DNA of 64,000 bases from Moniliella sp. 'wahieum' (lineage: Eukaryota), in NCBI GenBank assembly GCA_003971905.1, contig RSEE01000046.1, positions 62,001 to 126,000 on the forward strand, read 5' to 3'. The notes beneath the pieces are model-generated. The model was not told the origin of the DNA and made no database searches. It saw nothing but the letters and a program-made list of their open reading frames with translations. Positions within the stretch are counted from its first letter, which is position 1, and each line of letters starts with the position of its first letter. A program made the position numbers and the translations under genes. This document shows positions 1-14,558 of the stretch, one piece after another.

Positions 1-1078
<1,078 letters not shown>

Positions 1079-3393
1079 GATATGGGGCGCGAGGTGGAAA
1101 GGTGGGGGGAAAAGCTGCTCGCTATACTGACAGTGCTGTCCTCTGATGGTTTTGTTGCTTTGGTCCTGTTTACATCCGTTCTTTTCCTTTCCCCCTTGGA
1201 TGGATGACCTCGTTTCCCGTCTTTTCTCTCTCGCACCCACCTCGATTTTTATGGCGCTCAGGCCGCTGTCGTCTTGTGGCCGCTGCCGCGGCACGGCGGC
1301 GGGCTGGGGACTGTCTGCCCTGCTAACATGCACTCGATACCATCTCTTCCATCACCTCATCTCCCTGTTTTACCACTTGGACCTGCTCCCTGGTGCCGAT
1401 GGTGGAGGCAAGGATATCATGCGCGGCAGATATAGAGGGAGCTCGTTGATAGCGCCGATGCCGGGCGTCTGCGTGCTTCCCATTTCGGAGACTCGAGGCT
1501 TGGCGGAGGCGCTTTAGCCCGTCTGTCTTCAGCGCTTCAGTTGAAAAGGACTTAAATAGGGGTCGAATTTAAGCCATGGTAGGCGCGATGGGAGATGCAC
1601 ATACACCCAGGGCCGCCGCCGCCACCGTCACATGTCAAGCACTGTTACGTGTTACATGTTATGCCCAAGGAAGACGCCTGTGCATGTCTGACCTCCAGCT
1701 GCTTCGAATTCAGGCTGGGCCACCTTGCCTCCCCGAACACGCATAGTGACCATTATATTATCCGCCTGCACTTGGACGCACCGCGTCCTCCGGGCGCTCA
1801 GCTCAGCCTCCCTCGGGCGCCCCACTGAAACCAGCGCGTGCTGTCCCGGTGTGGTCGACTAGGGGGTCTGGCTAGTGACTGGTGGCAGTAGTGAGCGCGC
1901 TAGTGAGAAGTTACTTGTTACTAGGTACTTGTTACTAGGTACTATAGGTACTAGGAACTAATAGTGACTGGTGAAGCTAGTGGAGCTAAGTGACATCAGA
2001 CACTGAATACTGAATGGAGCGACTAGCTCGAAGTTTGAAAAGGGTAGTGATCTCAATGATAAGATCAATCGATAAGGCCCAAGGCCCTAAGGGCTAAGGC
2101 TACTCAGGCCTTCAGAGCTTCAGGACGCAGGCAGTGACTAGTGAGATCGATATAAAGGCAACGCTTGTCTTCAGCCGTACGACATGTTGCACAACGGATG
2201 AACGTCGAACTCCGCACACTGGTCCAATGCGTGTTGTATCGTCTCGCAATTGGTGATTAGTACTTAGTGACATGTGACATGTGACATGCGGCGTGCGACC
2301 ATGTGACCGTGACCGCGTGACCGGTGACTGGTGACCAAGGATGCATGATGCATGATGCATGATGCATGATGCACGATGCATGATGTTCGAGTTCGAAGCT
2401 CGATTGCTCGATGAGGCTGTGGACGGAGCCGGACGGAGCCGAGTGCGGGGTAATCGAGATCATCGGTTAGCGCTGCCTCAGCCATCAGCATCACCATGAA
2501 AATATGCATCAATCCGAACACGAGAGGAGAGATCATGCATCAGTAGTTGTGCACCTGGTGCACAGGCAGTAGAGCCGCATATGGCCCCAGTGCTTCAAGC
2601 GTCTAGCTTCAAGCTTCACGCGTCAGATCTCAGATCTCAGAGCTTCAGAAGATGCCACACGTATACAACGATCCGTCCGCGGCCAGACCCCATTGGCAAA
2701 AACTCGCCATCCCGCACGATCGAAGAGGGTATAGAATTGTAGCCATGAGTCAACTAGTCATCTTCTAGCGTAAGAGGTAACAGTGGGAGGGTGCGCTGCA
2801 GCCCAGTGCACATGGCGTCCTCCTTCCCTGATGGCCGGCGCACAAAGCTGAGGAAGAGGGCACTATACCCCACACCAAAACGAGATGCGATGCGATGGGT
2901 GGCGACGGGCGCGATCGTCTCTTTTGCCGCTCTCTTCCCTCTACCTAATTGCTGCCCCCTTCCCTTCCAGGCGAGCAAAGGGAGGGCACAGGGTTCGCAC
3001 GCATTTATCAGCCCTGGCCACTGAACACAAGGCTATACATCGGCCCAATGCCAATGGAGATGGATCAGGACAACTTCACACCGTTGCTGCACTTTTGAGG
3101 AGACGATCACTACACGACGAAGAGTGCAGGAGGTTGTCGTAGCACCACTGGATCAAAATGTTCTCCCGGTAACACTTTATTTTACGCTCGCGAGTGGGGG
3201 CACTGCCAAAATTAAAAGACGCTGTACGAGAAACAGATGTCTGTCCCTTTCCGGTGAGACAGTGTCAGTGCCATGTCTCACCACTGCGTTGGACATTTTG
3301 ACGGGGGAATTAATACAGGCCCAACATCAATAAAATCCAGCATAGTGGCCAACATGTATGGGCATTAATGACTTGCGCTCGTGCGCCCAGGGC

Positions 3394-3402
3394 ATATATA
3401 AG
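3394..3402 (+). promoter_or_regulatory. Putative TATA box
   Basis: ATATATAAG about 60 nt upstream of the ATG at 3463. Confidence 0.45.
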
Positions 3403-3462
3403 TACGGGGCCCAGATGTGCCCTTCCTCCCTCCCACCACCCTCGCCCCCCGTCACGCCCAAG

Positions 3463-6121
3463 CATGAGCACCTGGACGCTTCCTGTCTCCATCATGCTCG
3501 CAGCCCAACTTGAACGCACCGCACAGACCGTCGCGATTTGCTGGCTGCACCTCCTCCTGGTGAGCAAACACAAGATCGCCTTCTATCTCGCCGCACTCGA
3601 CTGGCCGCTCATTTTCACCCTGTTCGCCATCGTGGTGGTGGCGATGGTTATCGAAGTCCTTCTGGCTCGGTCGGCCCGCGTCGGACCGGCCTGCTGGTAT
3701 TCCTCTGGCTCTGTCTGTCGTTCTGGATGGACAGCGGCCGGGTGGAACTACGTGTGATGATGATTGACACGCTCGACATGGTCTGGGCCTTGGTTGGCTT
3801 AATCAAGTCAGCCCTGCCCGTCACACCCACGGAGGTGGCAGCCTGGGCGCATGGACAAGCCACCGATATCAATCGAGTTTTGCACTTGTTCACCGTCATC
3901 CTTACCAGCGACTGGCTTCGGTCACACTGGAACGACACGGAGCTTCCCCCGATCGTTCACCCCGTTTTTGACCCTTTCTTGTTTTTGCTCATTCTGCCTG
4001 GCGTCGGGCTAGGAGGCCAGCCTGGGGTGTGCCACATGGTTTCTTCCACGCATCGCCCAAGCTCCCACCAACCATCCTTCCCACGCGCGCCCCAGACCTC
4101 ACCCACGTTGAGGCCCACGTTGCTCAGGTTTCCATGAATGACCGCGCTCCTCCAGCCACGGTCAAAACCTGCTCCAACAAACATGGGGCTCCCGATACGG
4201 CAAAAGTTCCTCGCCTTCTTCTGCTCACTCACCGTCCACTATCAAGCTTCGAACCATTCTGGCTGAGCTCGCTTTCGCGTTGGCTGATGTGCTCGCCGTC
4301 CCATTGACGGCTGATGCGCTCGCCTTCCCGATGCTTGAGCTCGCCGTCTCGGTAGCCAAGTTTGCAGGGTCGGTGGTTGAACTAGCCATTTCGGTGGCGG
4401 AGCGTAGCTCCATCCTGCTGGAGCAGCTTCCCAACATTCTTGAGGTCTCTACCATTCTTGGGACCCAAGAAACCCCTTCCATTCAGGAGCCGTTCCTTCT
4501 TAAGGATACTCCCATTGTTGAGGATCATGCCCTTGTGGAGGAGCAAGCCCTTGTTGAGGAGCATGCCCTAGTTGACGAGCATTCCCTTCATCTTGAGGAA
4601 AAGGTTTCCATTCTTGAGGATCCTGCCACTACGATGGACCCTGCTCAACCCGAGCCTGTACCCACTGCTGAAGAGGCAGTTGCGATCCAGCCCAGTCCTC
4701 GTTCCCCGATTCCATCTGTTCGCACAACACCCGTTCGGGGTAAGTTTGACAAGCACCACACCAAGCCAGCGAAGCAGTTCATCCTGCGAAAAATGGGACG
4801 GGTTCATTTGGACGTACCGGCACCTTCCCCCTTGTCTAGCCGCACGGGCCAGCCCCAGCCGGCGGAGCGAACGGTGCTTCGTGCCCAGCGGCGTCAAGCC
4901 CACAAGGAGGAACTCATGATGAGAGCCAACGGCAGCGGATGGAGCGGGAAGAGATGGCTGAGAAACGAGCCGGGTTGGCGAACCAAACGGCATCTGTCCA
5001 GACCGATGAGGACTCGTCTGCTTCCATGTCTGTTGAAGCTATCAGCCCCGTTGGCTCCAAACCCCAATACACTCCACCCAAGATGGTCACGGCCGCCCCC
5101 CTTCCCCAAAAAACACAAGAACCCCATGCATGTGGCCGATGAAGTTGCCTTGCTGCGTTCGATTGGATGGGCTCAGCCCTGTGCCCGTCAAACTGAGTCG
5201 GAAAACTCCGACCAAACAGCCATCAAGAACCCCACTGCAGAGAACGGTGGCACGCCATTCGTTCCGGTTGATCGCCCACCTTCTCCTGCTCCCGTGATGC
5301 CCACGCCTGTTGAATCTGCAGATGATGAGGCGATGGAAAACGTTATCATTGCAACGGCTAACCTTTCCCACACTGGAGAAGACGATCTGATTCTCGTTCC
5401 CACCCCAAGTACCCCCCCTCATCAGGAGCTTATTCCTGGCAAAGAGGGTGAAGAGACTGTGGTGGATGAAGACCACAGTGTCGATGGAGAGGTGGAGGAA
5501 GACCAAGGTACCGAGACCGACTCCCAGGAAACCGATGGCACGGAAACCGAAGATGGGGTTTCTTGCGCTATTAGTACCCAGAGTACGGATGGCACTGAGG
5601 CCGAAGCCGATCACTCAGAAGAGCATTCCACTCCCAAAACGCATACTCGGCGGGGCTTCCGCGGCAAAAGCCGCAGCCCAGACATTCACCGCAGCAGCAA
5701 TCTGAAGCAGATGCTTGCTCTGGAGGCCTACCAGGAAACGCCAGAGATTCTGGAGCTGTTCGAGCCAACCTCTGAGATTGTTGTTAACATCCCCAAGCGC
5801 CACGTCCGGGCCGACGATGACCAAGCTGATCATTCAGAAGAAAGTTTGACTCCGACCCAACGTCCTCGACGGGGCCCCCGGAGCAAAACCCGCAGCCGCG
5901 GCATTCACCGCAGCAACAATCTGAAGAAGAAGCTTGCTCTGCTGGTTGAGCCACAACAAACGCGAGAGGTTCTGACGGAGCCAAGCCAATCAAACTCAGA
6001 GATTCCGAGGGTCCACCTCCCTCCCCAACGTCTCGCCCGGACCAGCGATCTCAGCATTGGAACCAGCCCCAGCTTTGCACTGGGCACAAATGCTTCGCGC
6101 TGGGCTCCCGAATCATTGTGA
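3463..6121 (+). CDS. Hypothetical protein with hydrophobic (membrane-like) N-terminus and long acidic, Pro-rich repetitive C-terminus; multiple frameshifts
   Basis: TATA followed by ATG (MSTWTLPVS); hydrophobic ORF pieces 3463-4137; 613-aa ORF 4280-6121; internal peptide repeats that preserve frame. Confidence 0.55.
4517..4588 (+). repeat. 4 x 18-bp coding tandem repeat (VEDHAL/VEEQAL/VEEHAL/VDEHSL)
   Basis: gttgaggatcatgccctt-gtggaggagcaagccctt-gttgaggagcatgcccta-gttgacgagcattccctt. Confidence 0.85.
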
Positions 6122-7141
6122 GGTCTGTGTTTTTCGTTTCACTTGTTCGCCCTCACTTGTTGTGGTGTATGACCCCTTTCTCGACCGTCTCCAACAAAAT
6201 ACAAAGAAAACTCTTTTGAAAAAACGAACCACGGGCATGCCTACCTTGGCGTGTGCAGCCGTGCACGCAATGGTGCATTGCCGTTGTGGCGATGAGATCC
6301 CTCGTCCGGATCGCATGTGATGTGGGCGCTTTACTCGTTTTGTCCATCTTGGAACCTTTTGGTTGTGGCATGTTTGGCATTTACAAGATCATTCGCGACT
6401 TTGAAAGTATGGTTTGACTGGTCTATAGAGATATAGTTATCAGCATTATGTTAAGCGTCCTCGAAGAGATGATGAGCCACATGGACAGTATTAAGACGTA
6501 CCGCCCCTCCACATAAGCGCACATCCAATCTACCAGCAATCCTGTCGACCAGCACTGTTGGTGCACCGACGACAAAAGGCAACTTGCGGATTTGTGTGCG
6601 CTGGCAGCACGGCAGCATGTGGCTAAAAGGAGGAGAGAATGTCGATATGTGGTTTGGCGGCGGCTCCAACAGATGGAAAAAGTGGTGGCAGGGGTCAAAG
6701 AATGATGGCCGACGTGGTGGAGATATATGGAGTGAGAAGGATAGCCGAGCGCCGGTGAGTTTAATGATACGGTAAGCGGATGTAGACGATACTTCAGGCG
6801 GGGGCACTTGCAGGGGAATACTAATTGCTTTCCCGCCCCCAAACCCCATCTCTCTCCACGGACTGAGTGATATACGAATCAATTGTTACGATGCCCTTCG
6901 TTTCTCATAGTTGGGGGCTGTAGATAGCACCTTCGCCGTGGCCATTTGCGCGGCTCAAATGGGTTTCAGAAGATGACTTTCATCACCCATGCGGCCCTTC
7001 AATGACATCAGTAGTAGATACAAAAAGCCAGAAAACCCAAGAGGGATATAGCGACACTCGACGTATTCAATGCAGTCGAACTTGGGCAAGCGTCATGTTT
7101 AGGTGTAGGACGACAGCACCATCTCCTGCGTGGGATGCATA

Positions 7142-7648
7142 TTATAGATCCTCTGACGAAACATCGCGTGCACCATCGGCTCCGCCCATTGCTGCGCGCA
7201 AGCGACCGAACCGAGTCGCCCGTTCCTTGGTGCTTTCCTCCTCGGACTCAGGAGTGGTGGCAGGGACTTGATCAAAGTCAACTTCAGACTGGATAAAATC
7301 GAACATGCTTTGGATGTCACTCATGGAGAAGGACTTGATCTCCTCTGTTGTAAGAGGGCGGTAGGGGTCGTCCGGGTCCCATTCGTCTTGCTTGGGTTTT
7401 GGGGTCATGCCAAGTAGCGAGGCAAAAGAGGAAGAATCCATCAATGGAGCGCCAACCGATGATGTAGTGGCAGAGCGGCGTACCCAGGCTCGCCGTGCAT
7501 GAAGCCAAGAAGCAAGGCGGTGCATACGGCCAGGATGATGAGGAGCGTGCGCAAGCGCGAGTTGCCGTGTTGGGATCGGCGCCCGGAGGAGTCCAAGCAG
7601 CCATGGATGGATATTTTTTTGGCTTAGAGAGCGAGCGGGTTTGGCCAT
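7142..7648 (-). CDS. Hypothetical protein; basic N-terminus, acidic C-terminus; divergent from the kinesin gene
   Basis: ORF MAKPARSLSQKN...DEWDPDDPYRPLTTEEIKSFSMSDIQSMFDFIQ; the true C-terminus may be frameshifted to 7099. Confidence 0.45.
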   Translation of the reverse strand: MAKPARSLSQKNIHPWLLGLLRAPIPTRQLALAHAPHHPGRMHRLASWLHARRAWVRRSATTSSVGAPLMDSSSFASLLGMTPKPKQDEWDPDDPYRPLTTEEIKSFSMSDIQSMFDFIQSEVDFDQVPATTPESEEESTKERATRFGRLRAAMGGADGARDVSSEDL

Positions 7649-8099
7649 GGCGCAGAGCGATATTGATGGTGGTGTTGCGGGAAGAGGGGGAGGGGGGGGG
7701 GGGCTGGTGCTGACAGTGGCGACCTGTTGGCGAGCGGAAGATAAAAGTACTTTACTGGCGGCGCCCCTTCCACGTGTCGCCTGGATGATGATGCAAATCG
7801 GTGCAACACCTGTGTTCCGCTGTAGCCATGTGACCTCTTCTAGTTTCAAGTCTCCCTTGTTTGTCTGTCCGAAAGGGTGACTGAGACTCGCGGGGAGCTC
7901 ATCGATCCCGGTCAGCGCTCAGCGAGGTCATCGCCTGCATGGGAGACTGGGCTGGAAGCAGCATCACGTGATGCGATGGCGCAGCTCGCGCAGCTGGCCA
8001 CCTGGCCGTGCAGGGTCCACAGTGTGTTTGGCTCTGCTCCACCACATCACCGCCTCCACCGTCCCACTCCGTCCCATCCCATCCACCCTCCATCCATCC

Positions 8100-11000
8100 A
8101 TGACGACGCCTCGGCGGTCGTCCGCCTTTGGCTTTGGCGTTGGTGGCGGCCCCAGCTCTGGCGCCTCTTCGCGTCCGCGCCACTCCATTTCGGCCGCCTC
8201 AGGTGCCCAGTCCCCCCCACCCCTCTCGAGCTCCGGCCGCTCTACCCCCGCCTCTTCTCTCCCACGCTCGTCCTTCGGCGGCTTACCCACACCCAAGCCT
8301 AGCATGCGCACCCGCTCACCGCTTCCGCCTATCGCGACCGCTGCCGATTCCCCCCGCTCTGCCGCGCGCGACCAGCTCTCTCCGCCGCCCATGACCCCCC
8401 CATTCTCTGTTAGCCCGCCCAGCCCCATGCCCACCTCGGTCCAGGTTGCGCTCCGTATCCGCCCCATCACCCCGCAGGACGCTTCGTCCATGCCCACCCG
8501 ATGGCAACGCTCTGTCATCTTCGCTCAAGGTGCCTCCAGCGTTAGTGTTGACCCCTCCTCTGGTCCCAACGGCGGCCCGAATGCCGCGACCCCCGGCCTG
8601 TCACGCGATAAGAAGCAGATCTTCGCATACGACTACGTTCTTGGTCCAGAGGCCAATCAGGAGGATGTGTACGAACGGGCAGTTCGATCTTGATTCCCTC
8701 TTTTGTGGATGGCTACAACACTACCATTCTGGCCTATGGCCAGACGAGCAGTGGCAAGTCTTATACCATGGGAACCGCTGCGGCGGAACTGAACTATATC
8801 GGTGCTGCCCTGGCTCCGTCTACGGGCATTATCCCCCGCGCTGTGTCCGACATTTTAGCGACATTGATCGTCGCCGTCAAGCGTCGGCGGGGACGGTCGA
8901 CTATACGGTCAAGGTCTCGTTCATTGAGTTGTACAACGAGGACTTGCTTGACCTCCTTGCTGATGGAGGCAGCTCCCAACCCTTGGTCCAAATTCGCGAG
9001 GATAAAGGCCACATCATTTGGTCTGGACTCCGCGAGGTTTCTGTTTCGTCAGTGGCTGATGTCATGTCCTACCTGGCCATTGGTACCGCGGCCCGACGCA
9101 CATCGAAACTGACATGAATGAGCAATCATCTCGTTCCCACGCTATCTTTTCCCTTACTCTCACCCACCGGCGCTCCACCAACGGGCGCGCCACGCCCAGC
9201 ACACCGCGCAAGTCCCTCGGCATTCCTCGCCCCGGCTCTTCCTTGGGTGGCCGTGTACCCCTTCCCGCCAGCAGCGCCAGGCATTGCGTCCTGGTAGTTC
9301 CATGGACATGGCAGACGAAGGGGAAAGTACAACGATTGTCAGCAATTCCACTTCGTCGATCTAGCTGGTTCAGAACGGGTATGTTGGCCAAACGATTGTT
9401 TCGATCAGAACTAACCTAATACTCTGCCAGCTCAAGCGGACCAACGCTACAGGTGATCGGGCCAAGGAAGGCATCTCGATCAATTCGGGCCTCCATGCAT
9501 TGGGCAATGTGATCAGTGCCCTCGGCGATCCGGCCAAGGCGCGGCGAACGACCCATATCCCGTATCGTGACAGCAAATTGACTCGCCTGTTGCAAGACAG
9601 TCTGGGTGGCAACGCGCATACACTGATGATTGCGTGTGTCCCCAACCGAATACAACGTCCGAGACGGTCAACACTCTCCAATACGCCAATCGGGCACGTA
9701 ACATCAAGAACAAGGCCGAGATTACGGAACACGAAGTAGGTGGGATGACTTGACTTATCTACAAGGCCAAGTGACCAAACTTCGGAAAGAGCTTGCAGTC
9801 CGAGGCTCTTCTTCCGGCTCGAGCTCAGGTGATGGTGGAGGCGCTCTCCAAGGCATTGCTGCCAAGGATGCAGCCCAACATGCCCAAAGCGTCATTCGTG
9901 CCCAGCAAGAGCGCCTTAGTCGATTGGCTCAGGAATTGGCCCAAGCTCAAGCGCAGAAGACCAGCCTGGACAGGCGGTTCGAGCTTCGTCGGGTCAGAGT
10001 AACCAAGAATTTCTCACTGCTGCTGAACCGATCATTGTCGAGTATGAAAAGGCGATTGATGTGCTCGAGGGTCAGATCAATTTGATGAAGGCTGCCTTGG
10101 CCCATGCCGAAGATATTGTCAACGAGCATGAGATCAAGATTGTCGAGCAAGACGATGAGCTTCACAGGGCCAGGGCCCAGTTGGCGTCCAAGGAGGAAAT
10201 CATTGCCGACCTACGTTCCCGCCTCGGGCAGGTCGCCGAGGGCGAGACGAGTGCTGCACGGTACGCTGACGAGCTAGAGACCAAAATCTCGTCGCACCTC
10301 GAACAGTCAACGCTGGACAAGTCTGTCGCAGGAGACTTGCGCCAAGAGCTAGCCAAGATGAAGAAGGCGAGGAGGCAGCGGAAGCGTATATTGCTGAACT
10401 CGAGAGCCGTCTGCTGACCTCGGACACGGAGCTGGCTGAAGCAACGGCAAGAGTGGAGGAGTTGGAACGGAGGCGCAAGAGCGAGATGCTAAGCTGGCCT
10501 CCCTCGAGGCTCGTCTCGATTCGTCTACAGACAAGAGCGTTGATCCCGTGCCATTAGAGGAGCTTGAGTCGCTCCACAGCGAGCTCCAAGCCAAGGAGAG
10601 CCAGCTTAAGGACCTTGAAGAACAACTTGCCGAGCTTCAGTCTACACACTCTCGGGAGAAAGAATCTCAAGCCTCTGAAGTTGCTTCTGCGGCCGCGGTG
10701 GCTACGGCCACTGCTATGACGGCTCTTCAAAAGGACTACGATGCAGAACGCGCCCGGATCCAGGAGAAGAGATGTCGGCGCTCAAAGATCAGCTAGCGGA
10801 AAAGACCAAGACGCTCGAGCTTCAGACAGCTGCATCCCAGCCGCCCAGGAAAAGGCTCAATCAGAGCTCGCTCGCACCCAAGCTGACCTGGCATCCGCTC
10901 AAGAGCGTGTAAAGGAGTTGGAATCTGGGTTGCAAGAACAGGAAACCAAGTTGCATGAACTGAAGGCAAGGAGGAGGAACTGATGAAATTGCGGGACAGC

Positions 11001-13231
11001 CATGCCCAAGCCCTAGCCGAGCAAGCCACGGCGCATTCGAAGTACCTAGAAGCGAAAGCCGAGCTTGAGCGTTTGTCAACCTTGTCCAAGCCCTTGGGAG
11101 ACGAGATGGAAGAGTTGGATGCCCGACGACGGCGGATCGTGAGGCGGCGGATCGACTGGGGACCCTCGAACGTTTCGGCCGGGGAGTCGGACTTCCGGTG
11201 TACGAGGGAGAAGAGTGAGTGCCTCTTCGACTTATAGCGCTCAGGACGACATGGACTTCAGTCCGGGGTCAAGAAGCCGGACATCCTCGCTCGCCTCCCT
11301 CTCCGGGCCGTCGTCGTCTGCTGGACAGGCTCGGAGAGACAGTACGATGCGGAATCGCCGGAGTATCCTCGCTCCAGTATAAGCCTGCCAATTCGACCCC
11401 GGAATGCGCGATACGAACGACACGAAGCATGTACGCACGCAGAGCTTTGCGTCTCGCCGTCCGTTGTCATTGGCATCCCATTCACGCGCAGCGAGCATCG
11501 CCTTCCCTGGCGCAGGGTCAGGGGTGGTGTTAGGCTCCCCACCCGGCCTGGGAATGGGTCAATGGGCATCTTACCACCTCCAGAGGAGAGTAGCGAGCGT
11601 TGGAGCGCAAAGTTTGTCGTTGGAGAAGGAAGTGAACCAGCTTCAAGGCACTGCGGGAGAGGGATGAGGAGCTATTGGCTCTCTCTGCCTCCCGGGACTC
11701 CCCTGCCACCACAGCTTCTGCCCCTGTCGTTCCTGCTTCAGCCCCTTCCGGGCAGGAGCCCGACCAGGCAAGTCAAGTCCAAGAGCTACTTCAACAAATG
11801 GCTCGCCAAGAAGCGATGCATCAAGACCAGATGGACGTTTGCGTGCACTCATCCCCCCAACGGCGCTACATGATCAACCAGCAGAGGATGCGCTCACGAT
11901 CCCTGTGCCCTTACCTGTCCTTCGACCGTCGTGTCGGGCGTCGAATCGAACTACGTCACCCCTTCTCTCGAGGCCAAGCGCTCCTTTCATCCCCCTGCAG
12001 CTACGGGCTTGCCCCTCCCTCCGTCGGAAGACTTGGTCTCTGAGGACGCCAGCCCGTCGAGGCCATTCCGGCCGAACCCCTGACTCTGGGCGGCTTGTCT
12101 GGAACGGAGCCGGAGGCCGAGGCTCCTACTGCCAATTCGTCAACGGCGACGGATGCGGCTGATGCTGAGCTAGTACGGCTGCGTCAATCGCATGCCCAGT
12201 TAATTCGCCAAGCCCAGGAGGCGGAGGAAGAGCACAAACGTCTCCAGGAGGAAGCCGAGCAAACCAAGGCAAACCTGTTGGCCGAAATGGAAGCGCTAAA
12301 AGAGGCTCACAAGGAGGAACTGGCTCGCATTGGTTCGACGCGCGAATTGATCTTGTCTGAGCGGGCTCGGCGCCAGCTGTCCCAGACGGGATCAACTGAT
12401 GAGGTCGACGTGGCAGATACGACCGTCACCGATAAGAAAGAAGAAATGGATCTTACCACGGCCGAGGAGATTCGAATGGAAGCCGAACAGGAGCGCGATG
12501 AGCTGATTGCCTCGCAAGACGCTAAGGTCAAGACACTCCAAGGTCAATTGGATCAGTTGGTGACGGAGCGGTCCTCACTGCATGAGCTCAGTGTTGAGCT
12601 AGGTCAGCAGGTGGAGCAGTTGGCCCAGCAGGCTGGTAACGATTCTGGGTTGGGTCCAGAGTCGGACGAGCTGAAACGCACCTTGAACGACGTGCAAGCC
12701 AAGCTTTCTACTTTGGTCCGCCGTTCAAGCATACCCCTTTCGGAAGAGGAATTAACCCGGATGTCAGCGAGCACCCTCGTGGGGGGCAATACCCATCCCA
12801 GTGTCGTCAGTGACGCGACGCGGTGATGACGACGGAGAAAGATGAAGAACTGCAGAAGACACGGGCTGACATGGCGCAGTTGCGCGAAAACTCATTCATT
12901 GCGAGGCGGACTTACAAGCCAACATTGAACTGGCATCCACGCTCGAGATGGCGCTGAACGACTCGGACCGCAACTTGCGCAAGGCTCGCGTGCAGCTAGG
13001 GGAGGTGACACGGGAGCGGGACCAGATGCACGAGGAGGTGCGCGAAACGCGTGCGATGTTGGAAGCCGCGTCGAGCGAGCTAGCAGGAGCGCTCCTCCGC
13101 CCATCAGAAGCAAATTGACTACGAGTCGCGCATGCATCAAGAGTCTGCGGACAAGGAGAAAGCCAAGGCAGCGCTTGCTGAACGTTTGGAGGAGGTGGCG
13201 CGGAAGAGGAACTCGCGCCTGTTCTGCCTGA
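8100..13231 (+). CDS. Kinesin motor (kinesin-4/KIF4-KIF21-like) with long coiled-coil tail; intron 9379-9430; many frameshifts
   Basis: [32 protein letters not shown] (P-loop), [68 protein letters not shown]; downstream Glu/Leu/Gln/Ala-rich coiled coils; tail ...RKRNSRLFC; end approximate. Confidence 0.9.
9379..9430 (+). other. Spliceosomal intron in kinesin gene
   Basis: GTATGT...CTAAC...CAG; removal joins DLAGSER to LKRT. Confidence 0.9.
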
Positions 13232-14558
13232 TGCGCTCACTGCCGCCTTGGTCGGATATGATACCCTGTTGGAGCCTAATTCTATCCCAATCATTGCTGC
13301 TGTTGCACAACGAGGTCACGTTGGCCTCTTTGGCCGCGCATGGAATGGCCTTCTGATCATATCACCCCACGTATCCGCACCTTCTCCCCCACTCGCGTGC
13401 GGATGACGACTTGACCAGGTTGCAAATGCGTGCTGGAGTAAACTGAAGACGATTCCTCCAATTCATTCGCCGCTTTGCTCCGCGCTCACCGAGACTTTTA
13501 GCCCCATCGACTCTACCTGTACGCTCATTTGAGTTGGAACGTGTTAAACATTGATATAAGCAGGAGAGTGCCGGCCGGTTGAGGGTTGAGGCGTTGAAAC
13601 GTCGAGACGTCGAGGCCCTTAGGCCCTTAGGCCCTGAGGCGAAGGGCGAAGAGGCAGATAGATATGGTGACGGACAGTCTTCCAGCTTCCACATGCTGAT
13701 GAGGCCGAGGCAGGTTTGGCCGGTGCGGTCACGGCAGTCGTGCACATCATGGGCCCGAGGCCGCACATGTGCATGATGATGAGATCATCGACTGTGCATG
13801 TGGCCTGTGTGATGTGATGCAGATGTGACCCACGGGGCCCAAGGTGGCAAGCATGTGACATGTGACATGTGACGATCGACTGGTAGTCCGCTAGTGTGGC
13901 TAGTGACTATAGTAGTGACCTATAGTGACCCGAGCTAGGACAGCGGGCAGCTATTTAATAGCTCACGCTGACGCTTGTCGCAGCTATAGTTTCCCCTACG
14001 CCTCACAGGCTTCTCGCAGCGTCGACTGCGCAGCCACAACTACGACGGAGGCACACATGTGCAACTGCACTCTTTTTTTTATTTTTTGGGCTTATCGACC
14101 TGCCTGCAGGAGAAGATGTCGATAATGCATGTACGATCGATGTTAATGGTCGTTGGTCGTATGTCTTCTCGGTCGCTCAGTAGTAGGTGCAATGATCGAC
14201 ACTAGTCACTATAGCCAGGTCATACATAGCTAATCGAAAATGCCGGTAACAAGGTTCCGGATAGATATGTGAGGCCTACGTACGAAATTCAAGGTGGGCA
14301 AGGCCCACAAGATTGTGCACCAGAAATTTCGATTAGCCATGTAGTATGGTTACACGGTGCGCTTAACGTTCGCCACGTCCGTCAAGATTGTGCCCGCCCC
14401 ATCAGCAAAAAGCGTATATCAGGGGCAGCCAGTGCGCATCCTTAGTAGTACTCGCTTCTTCCCCACGTTCCTTTTCTCACAACCCCGATTCACCCAGTAT
14501 CTTCCTTCCGCACTGGCGCACCTTTGAGTGAGTGCTCCAACCGGACCAGCCCGCCATC

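Noticed and set aside
1855..2650. CRISPR-like or telomeric array interpretation of the short repeats
   Set aside because: No constant 23-47 bp repeat with unique spacers, no cas genes, eukaryotic context, and no (TTAGGG)n tract.
6423..6882. Minus-strand ORF with HHVGHH resembling a desaturase His box
   Set aside because: No additional His boxes or convincing start; lies between convergent 3' ends.
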